Assembly (NCBI GenBank): GCA_009859145.1
Contig: VRVR01000058.1
Coordinates: forward strand, 109,382 to 173,381
DNA from: Andalucia godoyi And28
Taxonomy: Eukaryota > Protista > Jakobida
Direction of reading: 5' to 3'
DNA length: 64,000 nucleotides
A model generated the notes under the pieces. That model saw nothing but the letters and a program-made list of their open reading frames with translations. It had not been told where the DNA came from and searched no databases. The translations under genes and the position numbers were made by a program. This document shows positions 20,335-31,238 of this stretch, one piece after another (position 1 is the stretch's first letter; each line of letters begins with the position of its first letter).

Positions 20335-21889
20335 AACCCGGACTCTCCCTGATTGTGTGTCTCTCGTATACGATGATGATTTTTCTTTAAATTGCAACAC
20401 GCGAATATAAACCACCTCTTTTCTTCATTTTATTTGCATTTCCCAGGTTCTCACAAAACGTGTTTGTTTAGGTGGAGACACACAGTAACCCCGCGACATT
20501 CGACAAATCAAGCAAGCGTTTTCCTTTCAAACGAAGCCCACGAGGAAAGGGAGAGGGGAGGGGGGAGGGGGCTTGTGGGTTTTTGCTTTGGCGGACTGGA
20601 AGTCCGCCTCCAGCCGCTGCTGGTGCACTTCCACTTTTTCCAAACGGGGGTTTGGTCGCCTTTTGTGTCAGCTCGTGTCGTCTCCAACGTCTTATCGTTC
20701 TGATCGCACGAGTGCGCATTCACCCGAACATCGAGTAGTGAAACCAACCAGGAAGAACTTCTCCATTTGGACATGCATTCCGGGAATGTCCGCGAGATCT
20801 GCTGCCGTCCTGTTGATTCTTCTCGTCCTCTGGCGTTCTTTCAACGGACGGCTTTTCCCCAAAACATCACAGCCCTCTCTTATCCACCGTCATGCGGTCG
20901 TTTTTTCGCGTTTGATGGTGGCGTGGGGCGTCTGTGGTGGCGGTCATTATCACAAACAGTCTGTGCAGTCCGAGTCCGAGTCCGAGTCCGAGTTCGAAGC
21001 AAGACGCAGGAAAACCCGCGAATCAGTGCGTCCTGCAGCGCTGTTCAGTGTTTCATCCACTGCCCATCATCACCTGTCACCCGCCGCTTGTCACTTGCCA
21101 CTTGCCACTTTGCCACTTGCCGCGCGTCCGCCAGAGCGACGGCTCGGTGAGAGCGATGAGCGAGGAAAGGACACAGCGGAGAATCGGAGCGGGCGTGATT
21201 TTTCAATGTCGAAGCAAGGTTGATGACACGTCCGTCATGCGCTTGAGAAGTCGACCGCTGGCAAGTGGATGGGCGAAATTGATGGTTCGGAGGTTCGCGT
21301 GTCCGTCTGCACGCACTGCCACAGTCTGCTCGGCCTGTGCAATCCTTGTTGCAGGAACAAAACGCGTCTTGAAAAGGCAAAATGCAAAAGCCGAGAATCG
21401 CGCGGATCACGAATTTCAGAGCCGTCGCAACAGAAACTTCCTTTTGACTACCGACTTGAATCTGCTCGGGCATCGTCTGCTCCGACCCAACCATCAAAGC
21501 CTCCCGCCGCCCCTGCAAATGCTTACCCGATCTGCCCGCTTTCCGGTCGGACCACCCCCCAATCACGTCGCTGTTGCACTCGCCTTGTACGCAGCGAATC
21601 TCACCCTACCGGTACGCATAATCAAGGAATACAAAAAAAAAACAAAAAACATACGAACAACAAGAACAACAGCAGCATAAATCTATTTTTTGACACAACT
21701 CCATTCTACGGGATCCCCCACCGCCACACACAAACACATACACATACACACACGCATGCGCGCACCCACTTGCGTATACTCAAAAGGAAGGAATGGACGT
21801 TCGTTCTCTTCTTCTCCTTTTCTCCTTTCCTTTTCTCCTTTCCTTTCCCTTCATTCGTCAACTGCACACAGCACACTCACCCCGAGACA

Positions 21890-22414
21890 ATGGATGCTCA
21901 TCGTTCACGACTACAGTCCATGCAAGCCGTTTTCAAATTCCCGATGGCGATGGCCGTCAGCCCCATCAACGGCAACAATAGCCGCTGCAACAAAAGCCAC
22001 GGCAATACAGCAGGTTGCATCCGATTCCGCGAAAAGGTCGCGTGGACTGCGTTGGAGCATACGCAGTTTGAGCTCGGGTTCCGAAAGTTTGGGAGCGGAA
22101 AATGGAAGCAAATCGCCGATTTCATGAACCGCATTCGAACTCCCTTGCAAATCAAGAATCATGCGCGGTCGTACATCTACCGACTCTCCAAGCATCACAC
22201 TTCCTCCGCCTCCGCGTCGGCGATGAGTACACCATCACACACAGACTGCAACTCAGCACTGTCCTCCTCCTCCTCCTCCTCCTCCTCCTCCTCCTCCTCG
22301 TCGAAATCGACATTGACATCGCTGGAGACTTTGGAGGTTCTATTTGGCGAGATGAGTCGACGTCTGTCGTCATCAACCTTTAGCAGCAACACGACCAGCA
22401 TCTGCAGCTTCCGG

Positions 22415-22462
<48 letters not shown>

Positions 22463-22681
22463 GACAACGAGAACGACAACGGAAACGACAACGACCTCTG
22501 CCCACTGGATTGGAATTGCATGTTGCCGCCCGCTGTAGATGAGCCTTTGCAAACTACAGTGGATTTCGACTCGATGCAATCCTGTGCGCAGCTCGGAATC
22601 CCGTTTCTGAAACTGGACGTCGCGAGCATCATCAGCACGATCCCATTCCACTGCCCGTGCACACTACACTACCCTGTCTAG
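21890..22681 (+). CDS. Single-repeat MYB-related (SHAQKYF-type) DNA-binding protein
   Basis: WTALEHTQFELGFRKFGSGKWKQIADFMNRIRTPLQIKNHARSY; poly-S and NS runs downstream. Start placed at MDAHRS. Confidence 0.88.
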
Positions 22682-23003
22682 ATCAGTAAGTCCGCCCCGA
22701 TGTGTAGATAGTATCCTTCCCTCAGCACCAAGACGTAAAGCAATTGTCATCCTTCTTCACGATTCATCGGCCCTCGCGTTCACGTTATCCGACCGTCAAA
22801 AAAATCAGCCGTAGTCACGTCCAAACGAACTTCCCCGCCTACTCGCTAGTCTCGTTACCATCATCATCATCATCATCACCATCATCTTGGTCGTCGTAGT
22901 CGTCGTCGTCGTCGTCGTCGTCGTCTCCATAGTATTTTTTAATTTAAATCTGCCAATTATTTAAATTAAAGAAATTTTCTTGCTCAACTGCCTAGAGATT
23001 GAA

Positions 23004-23618
23004 ATGTCAGGAAAGTCGAGTCAGGCGATGGAGGCAGTGACGCTTGCTGTTCTGAACAGTCTCGAGTCGGAGCTTGATCAGCGGATCCAAGAGATTGATG
23101 AAGAGGACATTGAGACGATTCGGGCGCGGCGGCGGGAGGTGCTGAAGAAGGAGGCTGAGAACAAGAAGCGATGGATTGCGAATGGGCACGGGACGTACTC
23201 TGAGATTTTTGACGAAAAGGAGTTTTTCAACGTGTGCAAGAGCTCGGAGAGGGTGATTGTGCACTTCTACAGACCGTCGAACGAGGCGTGCGAAGTGATG
23301 AACAAGCATCTTGCAGACATTGCGCGGCGGCATGTGGAGACCAAGATCGTGAAGATCAATGCGGAAAAGACACAGTTTCTGGCTGAGCGACTGAAAATCT
23401 GGATGCTGCCGACCGTCGTGCTTGTTCGTGACGGACGCACCGAGCACTCCATTGTTGGGTTCGAAGAGCTCGGAAACACTGCGCGTTTCGGAACACACAT
23501 CCTCGAACAGCGACTCGTCGACTACTTTGTCCTCGATGAGCCAAAGGGCGGCGTCCCGTTCCAGGGCGCGGAAGTCGCAAAGGAGGACATTCACGACGAT
23601 GGCGACGACGACTACTAG
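23004..23618 (+). CDS. TXNDC9: Phosducin-like thioredoxin-domain protein 9
   Basis: GHGTYSEIFDEKEFF; RVIVHFYR..CEVMNKHL; ETKIVKINAEK..FLAERLKIWMLPTV; IVGFEELG. Confidence 0.9.
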   Translation: MSGKSSQAMEAVTLAVLNSLESELDQRIQEIDEEDIETIRARRREVLKKEAENKKRWIANGHGTYSEIFDEKEFFNVCKSSERVIVHFYRPSNEACEVMNKHLADIARRHVETKIVKINAEKTQFLAERLKIWMLPTVVLVRDGRTEHSIVGFEELGNTARFGTHILEQRLVDYFVLDEPKGGVPFQGAEVAKEDIHDDGDDDY

Positions 23619-23838
23619 CAGAGTTTTGCTTTTGTTTTTGCTTTGTTGCAGCAGTAACACACGCAGTAGCAGTAGCAGCAACACTGCTAGTAACAGTAGA
23701 TCCAGTAAATACAGGAATAAACACGCTTCCTGCCGCTGCTACGACGTTGATCTTTTTTCCACTTTACGCTACCCCTCCAGGCCAGTACGAAGGGGGACAG
23801 TGCCAACCGGACGACGTCGAGTTTGGCGCGTTCGCTTG

Positions 23839-25693
23839 CTAGCCGAGCCATGGAAGAGGCGTGACCCATGAAAAGGACTGCTGGGTGTACGTGGAGCTCT
23901 TGAGAAGCGAGTAGTCGAGGTCGGGGTGTGCTGCGGCGTTGGCAGCATACGACTGGTCGTCAAACTCAATGTCAAAGTCTGCAGCCCAGAACCAGCCGAA
24001 ACGGGCCATCTGAAGCTCGTACAGCGCATACGGGTACGTGTAGTATCCGCAGACATCGGGGTTGTTGGGAACAAACGACGACGGGACCGGGGCAAGCACC
24101 TTTCCGAGAAGTCCCAAAGGCATGTTCGGCAACAGATACTCGACGTACTGCGACGGCAAATCAGTGGTCTTCCATTCTCGCAAAAACACCGAGGCCGTGT
24201 TGTCGGTACCAGCCGTCATGTTGGTGACGCAAAAGTTCCATCCAGCCGTGCAGAACGGCTTGGACGCACTGGAGCCCGAGCACTGGAGAACCGTGGTGGT
24301 TTGGTTTTTCTGGTTGTCGTTGCCTTGGTCGGGGACGCACGGGATCCAGTTGACGGGGTCGTTCATGTTCGGACACAGAGTCTTTTCAATGTTCGACGAG
24401 ATCTTCTCCATAAGATAGTCGAGCGAGTGCGAGGACTGCGGACCCCACGAGTTGCGGACAATGAACGCACCCTTGATCGTGGAACCCTCCGAGTCAAGTC
24501 CGACAGTCGTGACCCAGTTGTCGTTGGCTCCGACGACATTCATTGCATGCCCGCCAACATAGGAGTTTTCGTCGTTTCCGTTGTAGTAGAAGGAGCCATC
24601 GGGCGAGGTCATGACCTCGACTGCGACGCAGCACTTGGCTGAGGTGAGCGCCTGCACGGCGTCTGGGCACACATTGGCACACGATGCACACTGTGCATTG
24701 GTTGCCCACTGGCCGGTGCACGGCACATAGTGCGTGGCAGCCGTCAGCTCGGTTTCAAATGACATTGCGCGTCCATTTGTAATCAGCGCGCGCTTGATGT
24801 CGTTGATGTTGTACAGCGTCCGCAGCGCAATCTTGTTGATCTTGATCGGGTTCTTCAGCAGTGCCGCGTCATAGCCTGGACACTCGTTATCATGACCTTC
24901 GACAGGCACATACGGGCAAGTTGCGTCTGGCAAGATCGGCACAGCCCATTGGCCCCCGGCGTTCACCTGCTTGTTGAATGCATACAGCCACACTGTGTAT
25001 CCGTCATCCACAACGCCTTCAAACTGGTGTGTTCCTTTGAACATTTCCGGGTGGTTGACGGCGTACCGCAGAATCGACACTCCGTAAGCCTGCTCGGAGA
25101 ACAAGACATACGTCGATGGGTCGAGATACCCTCTTTCAATTCCTTGCATTCGGTACGCATGCTCCAGGATCGCCATCGAGCTGAAGTCCCAGCACGTTCC
25201 TCGTTGTTGCTAATCGTCATTACCACGCAGCACGAACATCAGTAAGAAAGAACAAACATCACGAAAGAGAGGAAACGAAAAAGAAAAACGAAAAAAACAA
25301 AAAACAAAAAACAAAAAAAAAAACAAAAACAACAACGAACAAACCCAACAAACCCAACAAAGGAAGAGGAAAAGGAAGAGGACATACTTGGTTTCGGATA
25401 GCCGGGAGATGTGCGAGTGCAATTCGGTCCGGCAGCAAGCTCCCGATCGATGAAGCCTGCAGCTGGATAGACTGGATCGCTGCGAGGATGCTCGACGACA
25501 CAGCCGCCGACGACTGTGCATTGTTAGAAGCATCTGCCGACTTGTGGTACGCTTCGTTCGAGCGAGCATACGACGCAACAGAAAACGCAAAGGCCAGTAA
25601 CGAGAACAAAAACGTCCCAATCGATAAGAACGTCGCTGCTTTCGATCCGGAAGACACCATTTTGCCTGTGTCTACGTCGCGGTAATGCTGCAT
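23839..25693 (-). CDS. Papain-family (C1A) cysteine protease, N-terminal membrane anchor; join(25388..25693, 23839..25209)
   Basis: A phase-0 intron at 25210-25387 (GTATGT...TAG, pyrimidine-rich) restores RNQQQRGTCWDF with correct Gln19-Cys25 spacing. Catalytic His is in GGHAMNVVG and Asn in VRNSWG. Confidence 0.9.
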
Positions 25694-26164
25694 TCTCGTC
25701 TACTTGACCAAGAGATGAAAACAAGACTGCACTAGTACAGCCAGTTGTCCAATTCCTCCTAATTCAATCCGATCAAAATATATAAATAACAAATAAATAG
25801 CAAAAGATTGAAAACGGTGAATGGAAGAGGCGGAGACACGAGGTTTGGTGACTTTTTTTTTGCTTTGGGCGGAATCGCAGAGGGAATTTCCCAGGGTTTT
25901 TTGGACGCCTCTTTATTTATTATTTTAATACTACATTAGGCTTGAGACTTTGAGACTTGAGACTGCAGCGGACGACGAATCCATTCGATTTGCTTCATAT
26001 TGAGTCGTATTTTTTCCAATAACAATAACAATAATGATAATGATAATGATAATGATAATGACAATGTCAATTATAATAAATCATAGACAAATACGATCAT
26101 GTTTCTTCTTCTTCTTCTTCTTCTTCTTCTTTTCCTTTATTAAAAATTTTATTTAAATTATTTG

Positions 26165-26884
26165 ATGACGCGTGCGCACTCCACAATGCGTCTACAGGCA
26201 GACAAACGAGTTCGAATGACGAAAGAAGAAGAAGAGGCTGGTTGTTGTGATCATAAAGACGGCGATGGAGACGAGGATCGAAGTGCGAGTGGAAAGAGCA
26301 GATCGGGGAACGAGATGCTGCGAACCATGTTTCCTCGTGGATTTACGGAGCGCCACGACTTGGAACAGTATTTCTGGACGCAAGACACGGTGTTCCGGTT
26401 GATGGCTGCGATGGCGCATGAGACCGACTGCTGCTGCTTGGCAGTTCCTTCGCTGTGCCATGCGTGGCATCTCAAAGGACGCGACGAGCCGCTTCTGGAC
26501 ATCGACACTCGGTTTTCGTATCTCCCGGGATTCCGATACTTTGATATTCGCCACCCAGAGTCGACCTATGACGAGCACAGCAGCGAGAACGCGTTTCGAG
26601 TCATTGCGTTTGATCCACCGTTTTTCTACATTTCCATGGAACAGCTCTTCCACGCAGTGTGTGTTATTGCGAAAAACGACTTTAGAAACACGAAGCTTCT
26701 CGTGACGTTCCTCAAACGTGAGGAACCGCTGCTGCTGAAAACATTCGCTCCGTTCAGGCTTGCACGCACGAACTTCCCCGTGCAGTACGCAGCCGTCAAG
26801 TCAAACAAATGGACCAACTATGCGCTCTATTCCAACATTGATCTGCCCGGAATCCGGCGCATCCGATCCAGCAAATCCACGTGA
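26165..26884 (+). CDS. N6-adenine-methyltransferase-like SAM-dependent methyltransferase (EEF1AKMT1/N6AMT2 family)
   Basis: LEQYFWTQDT; CLAVPSL; LLDIDTRF; FRYFDIRHP; VIAFDPPFF (DPPF motif). Confidence 0.75.
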   Translation: MTRAHSTMRLQADKRVRMTKEEEEAGCCDHKDGDGDEDRSASGKSRSGNEMLRTMFPRGFTERHDLEQYFWTQDTVFRLMAAMAHETDCCCLAVPSLCHAWHLKGRDEPLLDIDTRFSYLPGFRYFDIRHPESTYDEHSSENAFRVIAFDPPFFYISMEQLFHAVCVIAKNDFRNTKLLVTFLKREEPLLLKTFAPFRLARTNFPVQYAAVKSNKWTNYALYSNIDLPGIRRIRSSKST

Positions 26885-26966
26885 TTGCAGGCCTCAGTCG
26901 AGCCACAGGCCCGAGCCCAGCGAGAAACATCGCACTCCGCGTTGTGGGCTACACTCGAGGGGGCAC

Positions 26967-28757
26967 TTACGATGTGACAGTGTTGGCGGCTTTGGCAGCG
27001 ACAACAGCAGCCCGTACGACGCCTTCCAGTGCGCCTGCGAACCACTCGGGCCGCAAGATACAGTGCACGCAGGTCGCAGCATCAATTGCGAGAACGAGAT
27101 TTTCTTCCTCCAGAGTAGCCGTAGCAGTTGGAGACGACACGGCCGGGAACTCCGACCGGATGGCCTCGAGTTTCTTTTCGCAGTCCTTTTTCCAGCCGTG
27201 AACAAGCGCACGCTCCTTTTTCTTGTCGATTCCTCCGTGAAGTGGAACCACAAAGTGCTGGGCTGCCAAGATGCTATCAAGCACGCTCTCTATCTTTTCA
27301 AGAGCCACGGCAGCAGAGTTGGAACCAGGGCCGGGCGACGCTGACGATGAGGCGGAGGGCGTTGAGGAAGCAGTCGCTTTGAGAGCTTGGACAATCTGCA
27401 GTCTGGCTTTTGCAATGGCAGGGGGCGCAAGACCATCTTTCGCTAGAACATCTTCAATGGCGCTTGTCCACTTCTCCATGACTACGCGCTCCACCACCTT
27501 GCTCATACCGCCCCCAAGTTTGATGGCAGCCCGAATGACAAGATACACTTCGGCCATGATGCTCGGCAAGACGGTTCTCTCGGTGTCCTTCCTCCACATT
27601 TTCCTCCCAGCGCTGTTTGTGCTGTCCGGCAAGACTTCTCGCTGTTCATCTCGAGATTGTTCCAGCTTTTCGGCACGTTCTTTCCACATCCTGACGAGTC
27701 CTGTGGGAAGCAGAGAAAACCGACTATCTGCAAGCTTTTCACTGTCTGCCGCGACCGACGCTGCAGACAACACTGTAGCGCGCTCAAGACCACTGGGAAA
27801 CACCCATCTTCCATCATTCTTCCACGATCTTTCGCCAAGGACCTTGCGAACACTTGATGCAAGTCCTGCACCATCGTCTTCGGCAGCCGGCATCGGTGCG
27901 TCGCTCGATCCATGTACCGCTCTGTACTCTTCCAGCAAATGAATAACGTCAATTACCTTTTCGCCGTTATGGTCCAGATCCGCAGCGACTTCCTTTGCAT
28001 GCGCACAGAATGCGTCGTGCAAGACCCATTTTCCGGCTGTGAACACTGCACCCAGCCGCATCTCCCGGTTGCTAGCATCTGCTTTCTTTCGTACGGTAAA
28101 CAGCGTTGATGATCGCGCACCTCTTCCCAGCACCCTCCGCACCCTCTCGATTCTCGCACACCGATCCTTGTACCGCGACGTGCTCACTCCCACGTCGCTG
28201 ACCGAGACGGCAGAGGCGGCGACAGCCGTGGACAAGGCAGAAACGAGCAGGTCCTTGAGAAACCGAAGCGGGAGATCAAACTGCTCGGCAAGACTGACAA
28301 ACGACGCTGTGCCTTCTTCGCAGACCTTTTCTCTGACTTCCATGACAACCCGGTTGACGTACGTCGGGGTGACAAGCAAGTCCGGCGCCGCGAGCGATGC
28401 CTGTTTGGAGGACAGCAAGCTCGGCAGCGCGCGTGCGATGGATGCTTGAGACACCTGCAGCCGGTCCGGAAGTGTCGACAGCGAGAGTCGTCCGCGGTTC
28501 GCGCTGGCTTCGTCCAGGACGCACGCCGCTAGAAAATCCGTCGTCATCAGCGTCATCCCAGCCGTTGCCGACGACCCGCCGCTTGGTGCCCCCGAGGAGA
28601 CCGCCGAGCCGTGGACAAGATCTGGAAGAAGCCCAAGCCGCGGCGACGCGAGCAGCGACACCAGATCAATCACCATCCGCTCAGGAATCCGAGTTGACGC
28701 TGGCGCACTCTGAATTGAGACAAGCTCAGCCTGCAGCGCCAGCAACTCCGCGTCCAT
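26967..28757 (-). CDS. UFL1: E3 UFM1-protein ligase 1
   Basis: N-terminus MDAELLALQAELVSIQSAPASTRIPERMVIDLV matches the UFL1 'ELL.LQ..F..AQ......RLSERN.VELV.KL' signature; GRLSLSTLPDRLQV follows. Confidence 0.85.
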   Translation of the reverse strand: MDAELLALQAELVSIQSAPASTRIPERMVIDLVSLLASPRLGLLPDLVHGSAVSSGAPSGGSSATAGMTLMTTDFLAACVLDEASANRGRLSLSTLPDRLQVSQASIARALPSLLSSKQASLAAPDLLVTPTYVNRVVMEVREKVCEEGTASFVSLAEQFDLPLRFLKDLLVSALSTAVAASAVSVSDVGVSTSRYKDRCARIERVRRVLGRGARSSTLFTVRKKADASNREMRLGAVFTAGKWVLHDAFCAHAKEVAADLDHNGEKVIDVIHLLEEYRAVHGSSDAPMPAAEDDGAGLASSVRKVLGERSWKNDGRWVFPSGLERATVLSAASVAADSEKLADSRFSLLPTGLVRMWKERAEKLEQSRDEQREVLPDSTNSAGRKMWRKDTERTVLPSIMAEVYLVIRAAIKLGGGMSKVVERVVMEKWTSAIEDVLAKDGLAPPAIAKARLQIVQALKATASSTPSASSSASPGPGSNSAAVALEKIESVLDSILAAQHFVVPLHGGIDKKKERALVHGWKKDCEKKLEAIRSEFPAVSSPTATATLEEENLVLAIDAATCVHCILRPEWFAGALEGVVRAAVVAAKAANTVTS

Positions 28758-29333
28758 TCACACCTAACAGCAAGAGCAAGCACCCCCGACTTGATCCACA
28801 AAAAACAAAAACAAAAGACTCTCTCTTAACTACGTTTACACAGAGAGAAAAAGAAAATGAAAAAGAAGGTCAGACAGAGAGAGAAAGACGGAGAGAGAGA
28901 GACACACACCACACACACACTCACACACGAAAAAAGCATTGTTTGACAGTTGTCGACTGAGCATCGAACGGACCTTTTTGTTTCTCTCTCTCTCTCTCTC
29001 CAAGTTTAAACGTTTTTTTTTTTACGGCTGACGACGAACATCAAAACGATGCGACTTTCCAATGGATCCTTGACTTTTCTATTCTTTCTATTCTTTCTGT
29101 TCTTGTGTTGCTCTTTGTAGTCGATCCCCTCAAGCATCTTTTCATCAAAGACAAAACAACACATGTGGCTTGGATCTGTCTTCGATGACAGCTTAGCCGA
29201 TGATCAACGGTGATTCATGTTTTTTGGCGAGCGGTAGGAGCAATACTGGAGGCCGACAGCAAGCTGTGGCAAGCTGATAAAGAGAACAGATGATGCATGG
29301 TGGGGTGTTATGCAAATATTCTTCTTCATTGTT

Positions 29334-30623
29334 TTAGTCGAGGATGCGCACAGTGAGGGCAGCACCTGCGAGTCCGGCGTTGTCGATGGAGACGTCGTCT
29401 CTTGGGACCTTTCCGCTTCCGACGGGCACGACGAGCTCGAAAGACTGGTCGTTGGCGATGGAGACCTTTTGGCCGACGAGTTCATAGAGAAGGCGTCGGG
29501 GCAAAGCGCCGGGGACGTTGAGGACGATGCGTGATCCATCGACTGAGCGCACCTGGATTCTGGCGTCCAATGCGTAGCTTGCGGGGTCCATAAACGCCGC
29601 GAGTTCGTCGCCGAGTGAGTTTCGCTCGAGAAACGCTGTCAGGAACGCAGCGCACTTTTCACCGCTCGCAAGTTCCTTAGTTGTCGACAGGGTTCGCTTG
29701 ACAGCGCCGGTGCGCGGATCCAGAATCGCAACGAACGGAAGTCCTGTATCCGCAGACACGCGATACAGCGACAAGATGGCCGCTGCATCCGACGACGAGG
29801 ATGAGGATGAGGAAGAGGAAGAGGACAAGGACAGAGGAGGAGTGTAGATACGCATGAAAAAGAGGAAAAACGTGTCAAAAAGCGGCGAGAGCGCAGGATG
29901 GCGCCAGACATCGCGGTTGAGACACTGTGACGGGAAATCAGATCCTTGAATGGACACCAGCAGGAATTTCTTTTGTTGCATTGCGTGACGCTTGGCATCT
30001 TCAAACGACCCCGTGAACGACAGCTCGCGCGGCGGCTCAAACAAGGCGGCGAGAGCGGGCTTCTTTGCGGCTGGCGCATACGATGCAAGACTGTTGTTGC
30101 TGGTGCCGTGGTCTGCTGCCGCACTTGCAACGGATTCGAGTTGCGAGAGCCGGATCGCTTCGGCCAGCTCAGGGTCGTCCCACGTCGACGACGCATCAAC
30201 CCCGGTTCCAATTCCGGCGGTGGACGGTGCGCTGCTCGAAGCCATGCTCGACGCAGGATGTCGAATATCGATTGGCGAATCTTCGTCCTGGTCATCGTCG
30301 ACAAAATACGACGGCTGCGTCGTTGGTCGCGATTGCGTCGCGCGGCGCACGGGCGGCGAATCTGCATCGACGAGTCTCGATACCTTGGACGGAATGGGCG
30401 CACGTGGCTCCTCGTCGTCATCCGCCATCGCCATCGCCGTCGCCGTCGCCCTGCTTGTAGAAGCCGCCGCAGTCGACGTCTGCCGACTCATATTGTTTTC
30501 AAAGTACGCGGAGATGCACGCCTCAAGATCGTATCCAAAGGCTTCGAGCATGTGAGACGCAGTGTCCGGCTCTGCGCAGCCTGTAATGTCCATAAACTGC
30601 ACTACGAGGTCGTCCGTCTCCAT
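29334..30623 (-). CDS. UBXN7: UBX-domain p97 adaptor (UBA-UIM-UAS-UBX), UBXN7-like
   Basis: QFMDITGC..ASHMLEAFGYDLEACISAYF (UBA); DDPELAEAIRLSQLES (UIM); LAALFEPP..GSFEDAK..KFLLVSIQ..SQCLNRDVW (UAS); ARIQVRSVDGSRI (UBX). Confidence 0.85.
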   Translation of the reverse strand: METDDLVVQFMDITGCAEPDTASHMLEAFGYDLEACISAYFENNMSRQTSTAAASTSRATATAMAMADDDEEPRAPIPSKVSRLVDADSPPVRRATQSRPTTQPSYFVDDDQDEDSPIDIRHPASSMASSSAPSTAGIGTGVDASSTWDDPELAEAIRLSQLESVASAAADHGTSNNSLASYAPAAKKPALAALFEPPRELSFTGSFEDAKRHAMQQKKFLLVSIQGSDFPSQCLNRDVWRHPALSPLFDTFFLFFMRIYTPPLSLSSSSSSSSSSSSDAAAILSLYRVSADTGLPFVAILDPRTGAVKRTLSTTKELASGEKCAAFLTAFLERNSLGDELAAFMDPASYALDARIQVRSVDGSRIVLNVPGALPRRLLYELVGQKVSIANDQSFELVVPVGSGKVPRDDVSIDNAGLAGAALTVRILD

Positions 30624-30683
30624 TTGCAACCTGCCTGTTTTTTGCGATCTCTCAGTCGATCTTCACTGCGAGTGGATACCGTT

Positions 30684-30711
30684 CAACAACAACAATAATA
30701 ACAATAATTAC

Positions 30712-30767
<56 letters not shown>

Positions 30768-30770
30768 AAA
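30684..30770. repeat. (AAT)n microsatellite between divergent UBXN7 and IQ genes
   Basis: Long aat run with short aac/ac interruptions, visible directly. Confidence 0.95.
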
Positions 30771-31238
30771 TAATAATACAAAGAAAGAATCGATAAACAA
30801 AAAAAGGCCAGAAATATAGTATTCCAAATGGAAAACATAAAACAATTGAACATCGGCCAAGCTTCGAATTCCCAAATCCGTGTCGAAATGGAAGTGTGAG
30901 GTGTGAGAATTCGTCTACGACAGTTTAACTTTTCGCCGACCAACGGACTGTTTCCTGCTGTATTATTATTATTATTTATTATTTTTTTAATGTAAGTAAC
31001 GGAGTTCAGTTGAAACAAGCAGTAAAATAAAATTAAAACGATAAAATTAAAATGATAAAATTAAAATGATAAAACAGAATGCAAAAAAACAAAAAGAAGC
31101 ATTTTTTAGTTTTTGTTCTTTGAAATACGACGTGCTTCTGGTTCTTCCTTTTGACTTGCATGCAAAGCACTTGGCTCTGAAGATCCGGAAAGATAGGCGA
31201 GGACACACACAGAGAGACAGAGGGAGAGAGGAAGAACG

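Noticed and set aside
20573-21680. Overlapping plus-strand ORFs, one signal-peptide-like and one Cys-rich
   Set aside because: No recognisable domain and three competing frames, so no coding frame can be chosen without expression data.
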